Assembly (NCBI GenBank): GCA_950097015.1
Contig: CATNEN010000039.1
Span: forward strand, 17,980,001 to 18,044,000
Direction of reading: 5' to 3'
DNA: 64,000 nucleotides
Origin: Macrostomum hystrix
Lineage: Eukaryota > Animalia > Platyhelminthes
The position numbers and the translations under genes were made by a program. Numbering within the stretch: the first letter of the stretch is position 1; each line of letters starts with the position of its first letter. Shown here one piece after another: positions 44,245 to 57,870 of the stretch. The notes beneath the pieces were generated by a model. The model saw only the letters and a list, made by a program, of their open reading frames with translations, was not told the DNA's origin and searched no databases.

Positions 44245-46640
44245 TTAGATTTTAATGCTCCCTAGGAAGGTGAGAGTGGACAACAACCTCTTTAGGTGAC
44301 AACCACACTGTGCCGTACCCCTTGGTTGTTGTCGTAAATTATATCGTTGAGTGGGGTGGGCGGCCTCTCTTTCTTGTTCTGTGGGTGTTGGCTCCTTATC
44401 GATTATTCCGCCCTCTCTTTCAATCTCGGCATTGTCTGACTCAGCCTCTGCAATTACTGCCGGCTCAATTTCACTAGATAATTCCTCTCCTACTTCTATT
44501 TCAGCTCCAACTTCGATATCTTCTTCGTTAATAAGCTCTTCTTCATTGTCCGTTTCTTCAGATTCTTCTTCAATCGCGAATTCCTCTGTTTCTTCATTTA
44601 TTTCTTCTGTGGCTTCGCTGCGGATATCGCAATGCCAATTAATTTCATCCTCCGATGATGACTCTTCCGATTCAATACAAATTATTTGTTTCTGTGCTCT
44701 AGGGTGACTTCCCTTAATTTTCTGTCCCTTCTTGCTGGCTGAGGGGCCTTCCTGGCTTCCCTTATTTGTTACTTCTGCAGTTGAGTTAGGAATGGGCATT
44801 AAGTTGTCACGGTGGACCAACATTACGTTGCCACTGCGAATTCCATTCTCTTCTTTCTGCACTCTGAAAACTACCTCTGAAATCTTGTCAATTACTCGAA
44901 AGGCGGATCTCTTCTTCCTGTGAAATTTATGTGATTCCTCACTGTTTAGTTGTGGGTTATTAATTAATACTAAGCATCCAATGAGAACTTCATTCGGTGA
45001 TTTGTTAACTTCGGCTGCTGTCTGTCGCTTGTTAATCACTTCCTCTAATTTCTTCTTCACCATCTTCTGAGCTCAGAAGGCTAGCCTCGGCTAATCTTTC
45101 CGCATGCTTAGCGATGTACGATGGATAATCGGCATGTTCGACTGCTTCTTTGATTTGGCTGTCTAACAGCATTACAGCTTCTCTGCCAAACAACAGGAAG
45201 TGGGGTGTAAAACCAGTTGTTTTGTTGACACTAGTGCGGACAGCAACTAGGGCGGCAGGAATCATCAAATCCCAGTTACTGTGATCTTTCTCGATCAAAC
45301 AAGTAATAATGGACTTGATCTGCTTATTAAACCTTTCCACAAGACCATTGCTCTGCGCATGATACGGCGTGGTGCATGTGTGTTTCAAGTTGTAAAGGTT
45401 GCAGAATGCCTTAAATTGTTTGCTGGTAAAAGTCTTTCCGTTATCAGTATGTATCCAATGGCATTGGCCATACTCGGAGAATATTCGTTCTTGAAATATT
45501 TTGATTACGGTGTCCGATTTCTGATTCCTGATCGGAAAAGCAAAGGGGTAACGTGTTGTACTGTCTACCACAGTCAGTACATACTTATGTCCTCTTTTAC
45601 TTTCTTTTGATAAAGGACCGATAATGTCTACATGGCAGCAATAGAAGGGCTCGCTGATGGGAAAAGATTGAATCGGTGCCTGGATGTAATTGCTGGTTTT
45701 GCTTTCCAGACACGGAATGCATTCGGCAATGTACTTTTCGACAGCAGTACTTAAGCCTGGTCTCCAGAATCTTTCACGGACTCTCTGGGTTGTCTTATCT
45801 CTTCCGAGATGTCCGGCTAATGGGCTGCTGTGTAAATCACTTAGTACTTGCTTATCCAGCGATGATGGCAATACTACTTTCCACTTTTCCTCTTCCTCGA
45901 TGAGCAATATATCACGGTCAATCTTCATGGCGTCGAACTTCTTACTCATTTTCTTTAACTCGGGGGACTGGGTCAGCTCCTTGGGCTTCCAGAATCTGTT
46001 CTCGCTTCAGGGGAACGGGTAGAAAATCGGTCAGTAGGACTTCACATTTGAAATTCTCTGAGTTGGGTGTGGCTGGTTTGTGATTTGATTGATCGTTTGG
46101 CAGACTCGGCTGTAGTACACATGAGTCGTTCGAGGCCTCCTGATCGTTCATTTCACCTTCATCACCGGAGACAATTGACTCGATCCTTGCAATGGGATGC
46201 GGAGTTTGGGTCTCTCCATCTTTGTTAGGCTGTTCCACACTTTCACTCTTGACAGCTTGGGCTGGGTTCTCTTTTTCGACTGTCGGTGGGGTTGTAGCCG
46301 GGGTCTCTCCTTGACTTTCCTCTTGGCCTATTTCCACAGTTTCAGCTGGTCTTCTGGACAGACTGTCCGCGTTGGAATGTTTTGCGCCGCTTCTATGTTT
46401 GAGATCAAACTGGAATTCACTTAGGCGCTCCACCCAACGACCAAGAATCCCTGTCGCTTCCGTCTGTTTCAATATCCAAAGGATCGCTTTATGATCTGTT
46501 CGGGCCAGGAATCGTTTTCCAATCAGGTAAAACCTGAAGTGCTTCATTGCATCGACAAGGGCTAACAGTTCTTTCCGGGTAATGGGGTAACGTTTCTCTG
46601 ACTCTTTCATCGCATGACTAAAATAAGCAGTAAGTACCTG
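44245..46640 (-). mobile_element. Ty3/Gypsy LTR retrotransposon pol remnant (RNase H - integrase - SH3-like C-terminus/acidic tail); frameshifted and 5'-truncated
   Basis: RNase H AYFSHAMKESEKRYPITRKELLALV...TDHKAI...RW...FQFDLKHRSGAKHSNADSLSR. Integrase HHCC (HSSPLAGH..ECIPC) and D-D-E core (HVDIIGP, TDNGKTF, SNGLVER). RH-before-IN order is Gypsy-type. Frameshifts near 45950 and 45060. Confidence 0.95.
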
Positions 46641-46689
46641 ATCTTCAAATGTAATCTTGTGCATTGCATATGCATTTTTAACAATACTA

Positions 46690-47329
46690 GGGTAATGTAT
46701 CATCAACCGAACAGTGTATCTTCAAAACTGAACAAGAATTTTGACTCCTTTCTTGGTCTTGTGCAAGACAGAAACAAGCTATTGTGTTTCACAGAACAAC
46801 TAATTTGAAAGTTAAAGAAATTATCTACAAGCTGAGGCATGATGTGCAATGAAGCATTAAGAGGAAAGAAAGATATTGATGTTTCAGTAGAAATTTTTAT
46901 AACAAAAGCATACTTTTTAACAACATTTTTTCAGTATGTACTTTAGATGAAGATTGTATATGGTTGCTTGCCAATTAAATGACTATAAATGTAGTTATTT
47001 ATAGAGCATTAAAAATGCTTTCAGACGACATAATTCATGATAGTTCACTCCTTAAAATAAGATTAAACCACTCACTCAAATTGTAAAACCAAACATCAAA
47101 TTCTCTGTTTGGTTTGAAGATATATGAAAATCATTGTTCGGTTTTAGATAAAAAACAGGAATAACTTTTTTCTATTTGACAAAATAGCAAAAGCAGATAC
47201 TTTTTAGAAAGATGTAACTTTTCTATAACTTGGCTTTTGATTTATCATGATATCTTAAACAGTAAATCTGTAGCTTAGGTTTGAAGTTAAAAAAATACAC
47301 ATTCTTGTTTGGTTGATGATACATTACCC
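46690..47329. mobile_element. ~640-bp MITE, copy 2 (TA-flanked)
   Basis: Same TIRs and interior as 28311-28952. Confidence 0.9.
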
Positions 47330-48468
47330 TAATATGGTATTTATTTTGTGACAATTAAAGCTATAGCAAATTAATTTGTTTCAGTGGTTCATACAAGTTT
47401 TTGTGAAGTTTCTTTTTAAGAGTAGACAAGATGGCAGCAGGCAAAAAGACTTGAAATCCCCTATTCTGGATGTTAAGCAATATTTTCACATTTTTAGGCT
47501 TGTATGGCTAGCTATTTGTTGAACTAGGGCCTAAACAGTTTTAAGATAAGAAGCAATCTGCCTAGCTACTAACACACAGACAAAGGGATACAACAATTGC
47601 AAAAACTTTAAGGTCAGTGCTATGAAAGACCTAAGAGTATGAACTGCCCTGCTTTGACTGATTTCTACCTAATTTGCCAAGATTAGGACCTATGACCCCA
47701 TGGCCTACTTTGATATATTTTGTTTTATATTAAGAAAAAGATCCTATTAGCTCTGATAAGTTAGTCTGTCTTAATTATAACTTACTTCACTAAGTATGGT
47801 AGATAATTTACTTTAATACAAGTCACTTGTCCTTTTTGCAATCTGTTTAACTGGATGAAATAGGCCAATTCTTAGCAGAATTATAAGATTATCCAAAGGG
47901 TAGTCCATAGATACAAGTGGGAAGCAAGTGTTGGTCATTCAACTAGTTAACTTGCTTGATTTTATGTCTATTATAGAATGGTTTGTAAGATTTATAAAAT
48001 CTAGATAAAGTAAAGTTACCATGTTTTTGCTTTGTTAATTGGATAAAAAATAAATACTTTGCTAGCTAGCTATAAAAAACTTTTTAGCACCTATAATCCT
48101 ATCTAATGGACCTAGCAATTCCAAAAGATATTAAGCTTTGTAAAGTCCCGTTGGAGTACATTTATTTCTCTTGCTGCTTATAGCTAGCTAGCTATTTTGA
48201 TTTTTTGGAGAAAATATTGTCCCTCAGGCTTCAAAGTTTAGAATTATGTCTAGCAATGTGACTTAAACTATTAATATCTACATAGAGATAATTTTATCCA
48301 TAAATTAGAATATCTGTTTATCTTATAAACTACAACATTGGTCATGAAACATTTTTTCAGCACACCAGAAAGCTTCAAGTCTCCATATAAAATCTCTAAT
48401 CGATATAAAACTACAAAATCAGATCAACAAATTGATCAGTTACTTAAAAACCAAAGAGCAGCTTAACT

Positions 48469-51400
48469 ATGAACTGGCACAGGGCACCCGACACATTCAA
48501 CCTTGGCCAGCAGGTCATTGAACGCAATCCCGACCCGAAGCCGCCCCACTTTCTTAAGCATCAGGTCTACGATGATCCCAAGGTGTTCTCGAAAATCGAT
48601 GAGCACGCCATTGAGGTTAGCAGGCGCGAGCATCCAACCTTTCGCGACCTGATGTGGGATCTGGTGTACAGGGTGCGCCTAACTGAACTGGAGCGCGCCC
48701 GGGTTGTATTCCGCTGGATGACTTCCAAGGATATGAAGAATATCCAGTTTGCTCAGGCCGAGAAAGGCTCGCCAGAAGCCTTCCTATCCAATTATAAGCG
48801 CGGTACATTTGCTCGAATCTACGAGCTATTGTGCAGCTTCGCCCAGTTGAATTGTGTCACAGTGTCCGGCTATGCCAAAGGTGTCGAATATAGGCCCGGC
48901 TGTGTATTCCGCGATCAGGCGCACAATCATTCTTGGAATGTTATTAAAATTGACGGCGCCTGGCAACTAGTTGACGCCCATTGGGCTATGCGCTATCTGA
49001 GCTCGGAGAATAATTCGCCAGAGAATCTGGTGTACGAGTATGACGATTTCTACTTTATGATGGAGCCTCAACAGGCTGTCTATAGTCACTACCCGGAGGA
49101 TCCGCGTTGGCAACTATTGAGGCAGCCCCTGACGCTGGAACAATTCGAAGATTTGCCGCTGACTAAATCGCATTTCTTCAAATGCGGCATGTCGTTTGAG
49201 CAGGCTACTCACGGTGTGGTCTGGACTAAGCAGGGCAAACTGCAGATGGCGCTAGGCTACGGCAAGCGGGCATCGTTTACCTTCAAGCTGCACTACGGCG
49301 AGGAGCTCGCAGACCGGTGTGTTAAAGTGATTTACTAAAATAGAGTTAGGTGATGGAAATACTTGATTTCGTGATATTTATGTTTATGAATAGGAATAAA
49401 TGGCATGGGGATATAGATGAGACGTTGGGACTGGAAGATTAAGGGAATGTGAGATATGATGGATAGGTGTTTAAATGATGTGAATGTGGGATGTCATGGA
49501 TAGGTGGTTAAATGATGTCAATGTGGGATGTGATGGATAGGTGTTTAAATGATGTGAATGTGGGATGTCATGGATAGGTGGTTAAATGATGTCAATGTGG
49601 GATGTGATGGATAGGTGTTTAAATGATGTGAATGTGGGATGTCATGGATAGGTGGTTAAATGATGTCAATGTGGGATGTGATGGATAGGTGGTTAAATGA
49701 TGTGAATGTGGGATGTGATGGATAGGTGGTTAAATGATGTGAATGTGGGATGTGATGGATAGGTGGTTAAATGATGTGAATGTGGGATGTGAGGGATAGG
49801 TGGTTAAATGATGTGAATGTGGGATGTGAGGGATAGGGGGTTAAATGAAGTGAATGTGGGATGTGATGGATAGGTGGTTAAATGATGTCAATGTGGGATG
49901 TGATGGATAGGTGGTTAAATGATGTGAATGTGGGATGTGATGGATAGGTGGTTAAATGATGTCAATGTGGGATGTGAGGGATAGGTGGTTAAATGATGTG
50001 AATGTGGGATGTGATGGATAGCAGTGGCGTATCCAAGGGGGGGGGATGGGGGGATACATCCCCCCCCGAAGGGCTGAAGAAAAAAATTTAGGTAATGATT
50101 TAGTTTTATACGAGTACAATAAGGATAAAAGAAAAACGAAAATAGAGTGCAATCGTTTTCAAAAGTACTTTTGCATCCCCCCCCGAAACAAAATCCTGGT
50201 TACGCGCCTGATGGATAGGGGGTTAAATGAAGTGAATGTGGGATGTGATGGATAGGTGGTTAAATGCTGTGAATGTGGGATGCGATGGATGGGATAATAG
50301 GTGTGAATAAAAAATAAAATATGTAAAAGAATATTGTGATGTGAATATGGATACAAAAGCCATGAGTTAATAGGGATTGTATGCTCGAATCGAAGCTATG
50401 TATAGTTTACCTAAAATAATTTTCTATTTACTTTTAAGCTTCGAGAATCTACATAGCTTCCCATTGATCCCAAAATCAAACAGATTTCGCGGCATCGAAC
50501 TAAAATCGTTTGTGCTCCAAGAGACAACGTACAATCAGATTCAGTTCTATTTTCGCATGCCAATGTCCGGTCACTACTACCTGACAGTCTATGCCCAGGA
50601 GGTTGCTGGCCACATAGGTGTGGAAAACACCTACCGGGCCGCATGCGAATATCGCATCAATTGCGATGAAGCCGCCGCAGATGCTACGCCATTTCCCACC
50701 TGTCACGACTGCAACTGGGGCCCAGGTATTCACGTTGAAAAGTACGGCTTAGTGCCTTCGCACAAGGACGGAGTGGTTAGCTCAGTTAATGGCCAGGTGC
50801 AGCTGTACTTTCGCAAGTCGAGACCGGAAGTTAACCTATTAGCCAAGCTGAGGCATAATAATTATGCTGAGAATGCGTTGGATCAGTACAATAAACAGTT
50901 TGAGGCACCGAATCAGTCCACCTTCCAGATCACTTTGCCGGAGCCGGGTGAGTCGCCTGATTGATTGACAGCTTTCATTATGGAGTTGAAAGATGAGATC
51001 TACTCACACTAACGGGGGCTTTAAAATGATGGGATAATGAGGGGACTGGGACATGAAATAATGAGGATTTCAGGATTAGACTGTGTTTAGGTGAGATAAG
51101 ATTATATATGAAGAGAGATGAGTTTATATGAGATGTGGATATGAGATGATATAGGATATGGATATGAGATGATGTAGGATATGGATATGAGATGATATAG
51201 GATATGGATATGAGATGATATAGGATATGGATATGAGATGATGTAGGATATGGATATGAGATGATATAGGATGTGGATATGAGATGATATAGGATATGGA
51301 TATTAGATGATATAGGATATGGATATGAGATGATATAGGATGTGGATATGAGATGATATAGGATATGGATATGAGATGATATAGGATATGGATATCAGAT

Positions 51401-54400
51401 GATGTAGGATATGGATATGAGATGATGTAGGATATGGATATGAGATGATATAGGATATGGATATGAGATGATATAGGATATGGATATGAGATGATGTAGG
51501 ATATGGATATGAGATGATGTAGGATATGGATATGAGATGATGTAGGGTATGGATATGAGATGATATAGGATATGGATATGAGATGATATAGGATATGGAT
51601 ATGAGATGATGTAGGATATGGATATGAGATGATGTAGGATATGGATATGAGATGATGTAGGATATGGATATGAGATGATATAGGATATGGATATGAGATG
51701 ATATAGGATATGGATATGAGATGATGTAGGATATGGATATGAGATGATGTAGGATATGGATATGAGATGATATAGGATATGGATGTGAGATGATATAGGA
51801 TATGGATGTGAGATGATATAGGATGTGAAAGTGAGATGATATAGGATATGGATGTGAGATGATATAGGATATGGATATGAGATGATATAGGATATGGATA
51901 TGAGATGATGTAGGATATGGATATGAGATGATATAGGATATGGATATGAGATGATGTAGGATATGGATATGAGATGATATAGGATATGGATATGAGATGA
52001 TATAGGATATGGATATGAGATGATATAGGATATGGATATGAGATGATATAGGATATGGATATGAGATTATATAGGATATGGATATGAGATGATATAGGAT
52101 ATGGATATGAGATGATATAGGATATGGATATGAGATGATATAGGATATAGATATGAGATGATATAGGATGTGAATGTGAGATGATATAGGATATGGATAT
52201 GAGTTGATATAGGATATGGATATGAGATGATATAGGATATGGATATGAGATGATATAGGATATGGATATGAGATGATATAGGATATGGATATGAGATGAT
52301 ATAGGATATGGATATGAGATGATATAGGATATGGATATGAGATGATATAGGATATAGATATGAGATGATATAGGATATGGATATGAGATGATATAGGATA
52401 TAGATATGAGATGATATAGGATGTGAATGTGAGATGATATAGGTTATGGATATGAGATGATATAGGATGTGGATATGAGATGATGTAGGATATGGATGTG
52501 AGATGATATGGGATATGGATATGAGATGATATAGGATATGGATATGGGATGATATAGGATATGGAAGAGATCTCTCTTCTTATCTTATCTTATCTTTCTT
52601 ATCTCTCTTCTTATCTCTCTTCATGGAAGAGATGATAAGAAACTTGATGAAGATCGGGATTCTTTGTTGTTTAGGTAATTAGAACAATTAGAAAATAAGA
52701 TCCATAGATGCAGGATCCATAACAAATAGATTGCAAGTCATGAATTATGATATAACCGGGTAAGTTAAAGAAAAAAAATGAACCATTTTTGGATTTCTAC
52801 TTCTTTTTATTTCGAGAGATTTCTTCATACAATCTCGCCCTAACGCCGCTTAGGTGAGTACGGCCTTGAGGTTTACGCCAATGAGCCCAGCGACGGCGAC
52901 ACCTTTACTCACATGTGCCAGTACCTGCTGCACTACGAGGCACCGCCTGGCTACGCTGGCGGCCAATACGCTGGCACCACGCCTCCGCGCCAGATGTACA
53001 ATTATAACTATGAGATTTCTCCATTGGGAGACTTGCCGGCTCCCTACACGGATACAGAGGTGAGGATCCGCTGGTCTGAGAGATTAGGAAAGGCAATAGG
53101 GAAGGGTGGGAAATAGAAGAGAGTAAGATAGAAGATAGAAGAGAGTAGGATAGAAGATAGAAGAGAGTAGGATAGAATATAGAAGAGAGTATGATAGAAG
53201 ATAGAAGAGAGTAGGATACAAGATAGAAGAGAGTAGGATCTAGGGAGATAGAAGAAGGTAGGATAGGAGATAGAAGAAGGTAGGATAGAAGATAGAAGAA
53301 GGTAGGATAGAAGATAGAAGAAGGTAGGATAGAAGATAGAAGAAGGTAGGATAGAAGATAGAAGAAGGTAGGATAGAAGATAGAAGAAGGTAGGATAGAA
53401 GATAGAAGAAGGTAGGATAGAATATAGAAGAAGGTAGGATAGAAGATAGAAGAAGGTAGGATAGAAGATAGAAGAAGGTAGGATAGAAGATAGAAGAAGG
53501 TAGGATAGAAGATAGAAGAAGGTAGGATAGAAGATAGAAGAAGGTAGGATAGAAGATAGAAGAAGGTAGGATAGAATATAGAAGAAGGTAGGATAGAAGA
53601 TAGAAGAAGGTAGGATAGAAGATAGAAGAAGGTAGGATAGAAGATAGAAGAAGGTGGGATAGAAGATAGAAGAAGGTAGGATAGAATATAGAAGAAGGTA
53701 GGATAGAAGATAGAAGAAGGTAGGATAGAAGATAGAAGAAGGTAGGATAGAAGATAGAAGAAGGTAGGATAGAATATAGAAGAAGGTAGGATAGAAGATA
53801 GAAGAAGGTAGGATAGAAGATAGAAGAAGGTAGGATAGAAGATAGAAGAAGGTAGGATAGAAGATAGAAGAAGGTAGGATAGAAGATAGAAGAAGGTAGG
53901 ATAGAAGATAGAAGAAGGTAGGATAGAAGATAGAAGAAGGTAGGATAGAAGATAGAAGAAGGTAGGATAGTAGATAGAAGAGGGTAGGATAGAAGATAGA
54001 AGAGGGTAGGATAGAATATAGAAGAAGGTAGGATAGAAGATAGAAGAAGGTAGGATAGAAGATAGAAGAAGGTAGGATAGAAGATAGAAGAAGGTAGGAT
54101 AGAAGATAGACGAAGGTAGGATAGAATATAGAAGAAGGTAGGATAGAAGAAGGTAGGATAGGAGATCGATGAGGGTTGGATGGGAGATTGAAGTGGGTAG
54201 GATAAGATCGGATAGAACAGTCCTGTTTATATACTTACACATTAAAGCAATTATTTTTACGAACTATTGTCTGCTTTTGACCAGTTACTCGCAGTTTTTA
54301 GTATACGTACCCGCTTTTGACAAAGCCAAAAAATCTTATTTAAAGCAGCAAACTTGACAAAAAACTAAGAAAAGAACGAAAACTTTTTCAGACAGAAAGG

Positions 54401-57400
54401 TACAGATAGAGTTGAATGCAAATATTTGAGGCTCTCTTGTTTAGAAGTTTTCTTAACAAAAATGTGAAAATGCAAAGTATAGAGAGATAGCTTCGTCACT
54501 AATAGCATCTGCCTCAAAAATGGAAAGACAGACAGACATAATCTGGGAAGCCCTGAAAATAGACCAAAGTTTATAGTGTCTGCCTGTTTTATTTAATTCG
54601 CTTTGTTCGTAAAGCGAGTTTAAAGAAATGATTTATTTTGCTTTTATAGCAAGTTGGCCTGGAAAAGGGACCAGTTTTTCTATGAAATACAGCCCACAAG
54701 CTAAAAACTATCAACTAGACTATTGCTTATGTGTCGACAGTCAGACAGTATGGGAACATATGATTATGTACTATTAAACAATAAGTATTAAAACATTTCT
54801 AGTAAAAAAATACGGCAATTTTTTACATTCTCATTTCTAGCCTGAGTTTCACAAGCTCAATCTGCAAGGCGGTCAGATGTCGATGCCACAGGTTGGTCAG
54901 TATCAGCAGCAGCAGCAGCAGCAGCAGCAGCCGCATAGACAGCAACAGCAGTACATTCCTAGTACAAGTGGCAAGGTAGTAATCATAATTTTGAAAGTCT
55001 GCTTTGAAAAAGAGTCTCACATTATTACAAATATAAAAGCACGCGTTTAACAAGTGATTTCTTGTTCCTGGCTTGCTTTTGTGGGGGCTTATATAATTTT
55101 GCTTTTAATTGAATCTTTAAAATATGATCTTCACTGTGTCTTCTGTGTCACAAGCGTGTTAAATCAGATGTACAACAAAAGCATCGCCAACAACTAAGTA
55201 TTTATCTGACTAAGTCTGTTTTCCAGATCAAAGTTTGATAAAAAGAAGACTAGAAAGCGAAATAAAAATCTATCCACCCACCCCGAACTGTTCATTTGAA
55301 ACTGAATTAGTTAAAAAATATCGACGAGTAACTAAAAATTGTTCGACAGTAGGCATTGTTATGGCGTTTTATGCGACATTAAAAACTGACTTAATACAAC
55401 TTTTCATTTATTCCAACTTGGAATATATGTTATGCTTAGTCACGGCACGGCAGTCTTATAGTTTATTAGAATAGGTGCTTTGACAAGCCTTCATTTGCCC
55501 AGGGTGTGGCGTATTGTTTGCTGCGCTGCGTCTGTGTTCTCTCACACACACACCCCGCAACTAGCCATATTTGCTGTTAGCTGACGCACTGCCAGTGTAC
55601 TGTACCCTGGGGGTCGGTTCGGTGTGAGGGTATTTGTGCTACCGAATCTGTCCTTTTTACCCGCTAAAAAATAGGGGTGTTTCTTTGGGTGATTCCAGTT
55701 GGAATCTGCGGTGTTTCCAGAAAAAGAAACAGCCGAACGCTGGAAACATACCAATCGGATGATTCCATGCTTAGAATCTACCAACTGGGCGTTTTCTCAA
55801 TGCTTCTTGGTGGCGAAATGGAATCACCCAAAGAATCCTCCAGTTCGGAAGATTCCATGCTCAGAAACCGCCGAGGAATCGCCCGTAAATAATTCTCTGG
55901 TTGTCCCATGGACCACTGGTTCGGGTGATTCTTCGGCGGTTTCCGCACAATTTACGGTTACATCGGCTGCTTCCTGGGTGGTTTCTTTAACTCTTGCGAG
56001 ATAGGGGGGATTTTGGTAGATTCCACTCCTATTTTGCACAAAAAACTCCCCGAAGAAGCAGCCGAATTTTTTACAGGGTAATTTAGCTATTTTGTGAGGC
56101 CTTCAAATTAATTTAAGCCATACTACAGTGTCTTGCTAAAGCGCGCAAATTGTTCCAGTGGAGTCGGGAATCGAACCCCGGACCTTCAAGTCATGAGTCC
56201 GACGCTCTAACCACGAGACTAAAACACCTTGAAATCTAAATTAAATATTCAATAGATCTACTTTACTTATAGTATAACAAATAAAATTTTACAACCATAT
56301 TTTTTTAATTGCTCTGATCTAAAAACGTCCATTTTTCTTACCAGACGGTTCAAGGCGATCCTTATCGTTATGGCGGTCACGCCGCTTCCGGCGGCGCACC
56401 GGCTCCACAGTCGGGTGCTTCCATGGCGGCTCCCGGCGCTGCCAGCGGTGTCGGCGGTCGCTCTTCTCCACGCGGCGTCGGCGGCCCCGTCAGCGGCATG
56501 AGCTCCCAGCTGGGCCCGAAGCCTTACAGGCCGCCTGCCGCGGCTACCGGCGACCAGCAACAGTTTGGCAGCGGTCGGAGTGCCTCTCCTGGACGCCACG
56601 GCGGCGGAGGTCCCGGAGCGCCGACGGCACCGGTTGGTTCGCGCTTCGGCGGGGAAATGTCGGCCGGACCGGATGATTTGCCGCCGGATTTCCTGCCGCC
56701 CCCTCCTCCAGACATGCTGGTGAGTCAGTGGGCTGGCGTCTGGCCATGAGGATTTGGCTCGCTAGGTGGATTGCTAGCCTAGCCCCTAGGATTAACTATG
56801 TGGATGGTGGATTGCTAGCCTAGCCCCTAGGATTAACTATGTGGATGGTGGATTGCTAGCCTAGCCCCTAGGATTAACTATGTGGATGGTGGATTGCTAG
56901 CCTAGCCCCAAGTATTAAAATTTTGACGATGGATTGCTTGCCTTCAGCTTAAAATTGTGGATTGTGGATTGCTAGTCTAGCCCTTCAGCTTAAAATTGTG
57001 AATGGTGGATTGCTAGTTTAGCCCTGCAGCTTAAAATTGTGGATGGTGGATTGCTAGTCTAGCCCTTCAGCTTACAATTCTGGATGGTGGATTGCTAGTC
57101 TAGCCCTTCAGCTTAAAATTGTGGATGGTGGATTGCTAGTCTAGCCCTTCAGCTTAAAATTCTGGATGGTGGATTGCTAGTCTAGCCCTTCAGCTTAAAA
57201 TTCTGGATGGTGGATTGCTAGTCTAGCCCTTCAGCTTAAAATTGTGGATGATGGATTGCTAGTCTAGCCCTTCAGCTTACAATTGTGGATGGTGGATTGC
57301 TATTCTAGCCCTTCAGCTTAAAATTCTGGATGGTGGATTGCTAGTCTAGCCCTTCAGCTTAAAATTCTGGATGGTGGATTGCTAGTCTAGCCCTTCAGCT

Positions 57401-57834
57401 TAAAAATTTCGATGGTGATTCGCGAGCTTGTCTATAAATTGGCAGCGTTTTACTGCCGAAACTGCCCTTTCGGAGAAGCATTATTTAATTTTCTCTTTTC
57501 AGTGTTCGGTTCTGTGTCAGTTTCACTAGTTAATTTATATTCGATCTGATTATAAAGCAAGTGTTACTTCCAGTTTTAATTTTTAATGTGAATGTTTTTA
57601 GCACAGTTTTTTATCTACAACGGAACTTAGATATGCGCGCACCAATCTACCTACTCACGACGCCTTCAGTAGTATTGTATAACATTTTGCCATCTTTTTT
57701 CTCTGTCATCATCGCAACACGCAATGATAGTTGGAGGCGGAGCAGGCTGGAATTGGCCTCAGCGCTCGCCAGCCGGCCTATTCAGCGGCTGCTCCAGGCG
57801 GTCCCACTGGTGGCAAGCCTGGCTCTAAACAACC

Positions 57835-57870
<36 letters not shown>

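Noticed and set aside
46636-46706. N-terminus (MMIHYPSIVKNAYAMHKITF) of ORF 45942..46706
   Set aside because: Chimeric read-in from the MITE end and flanking DNA, not part of pol.
52905-54242. 445-aa hydrophobic ORF on minus strand
   Set aside because: Translation of the 22-bp intronic minisatellite.
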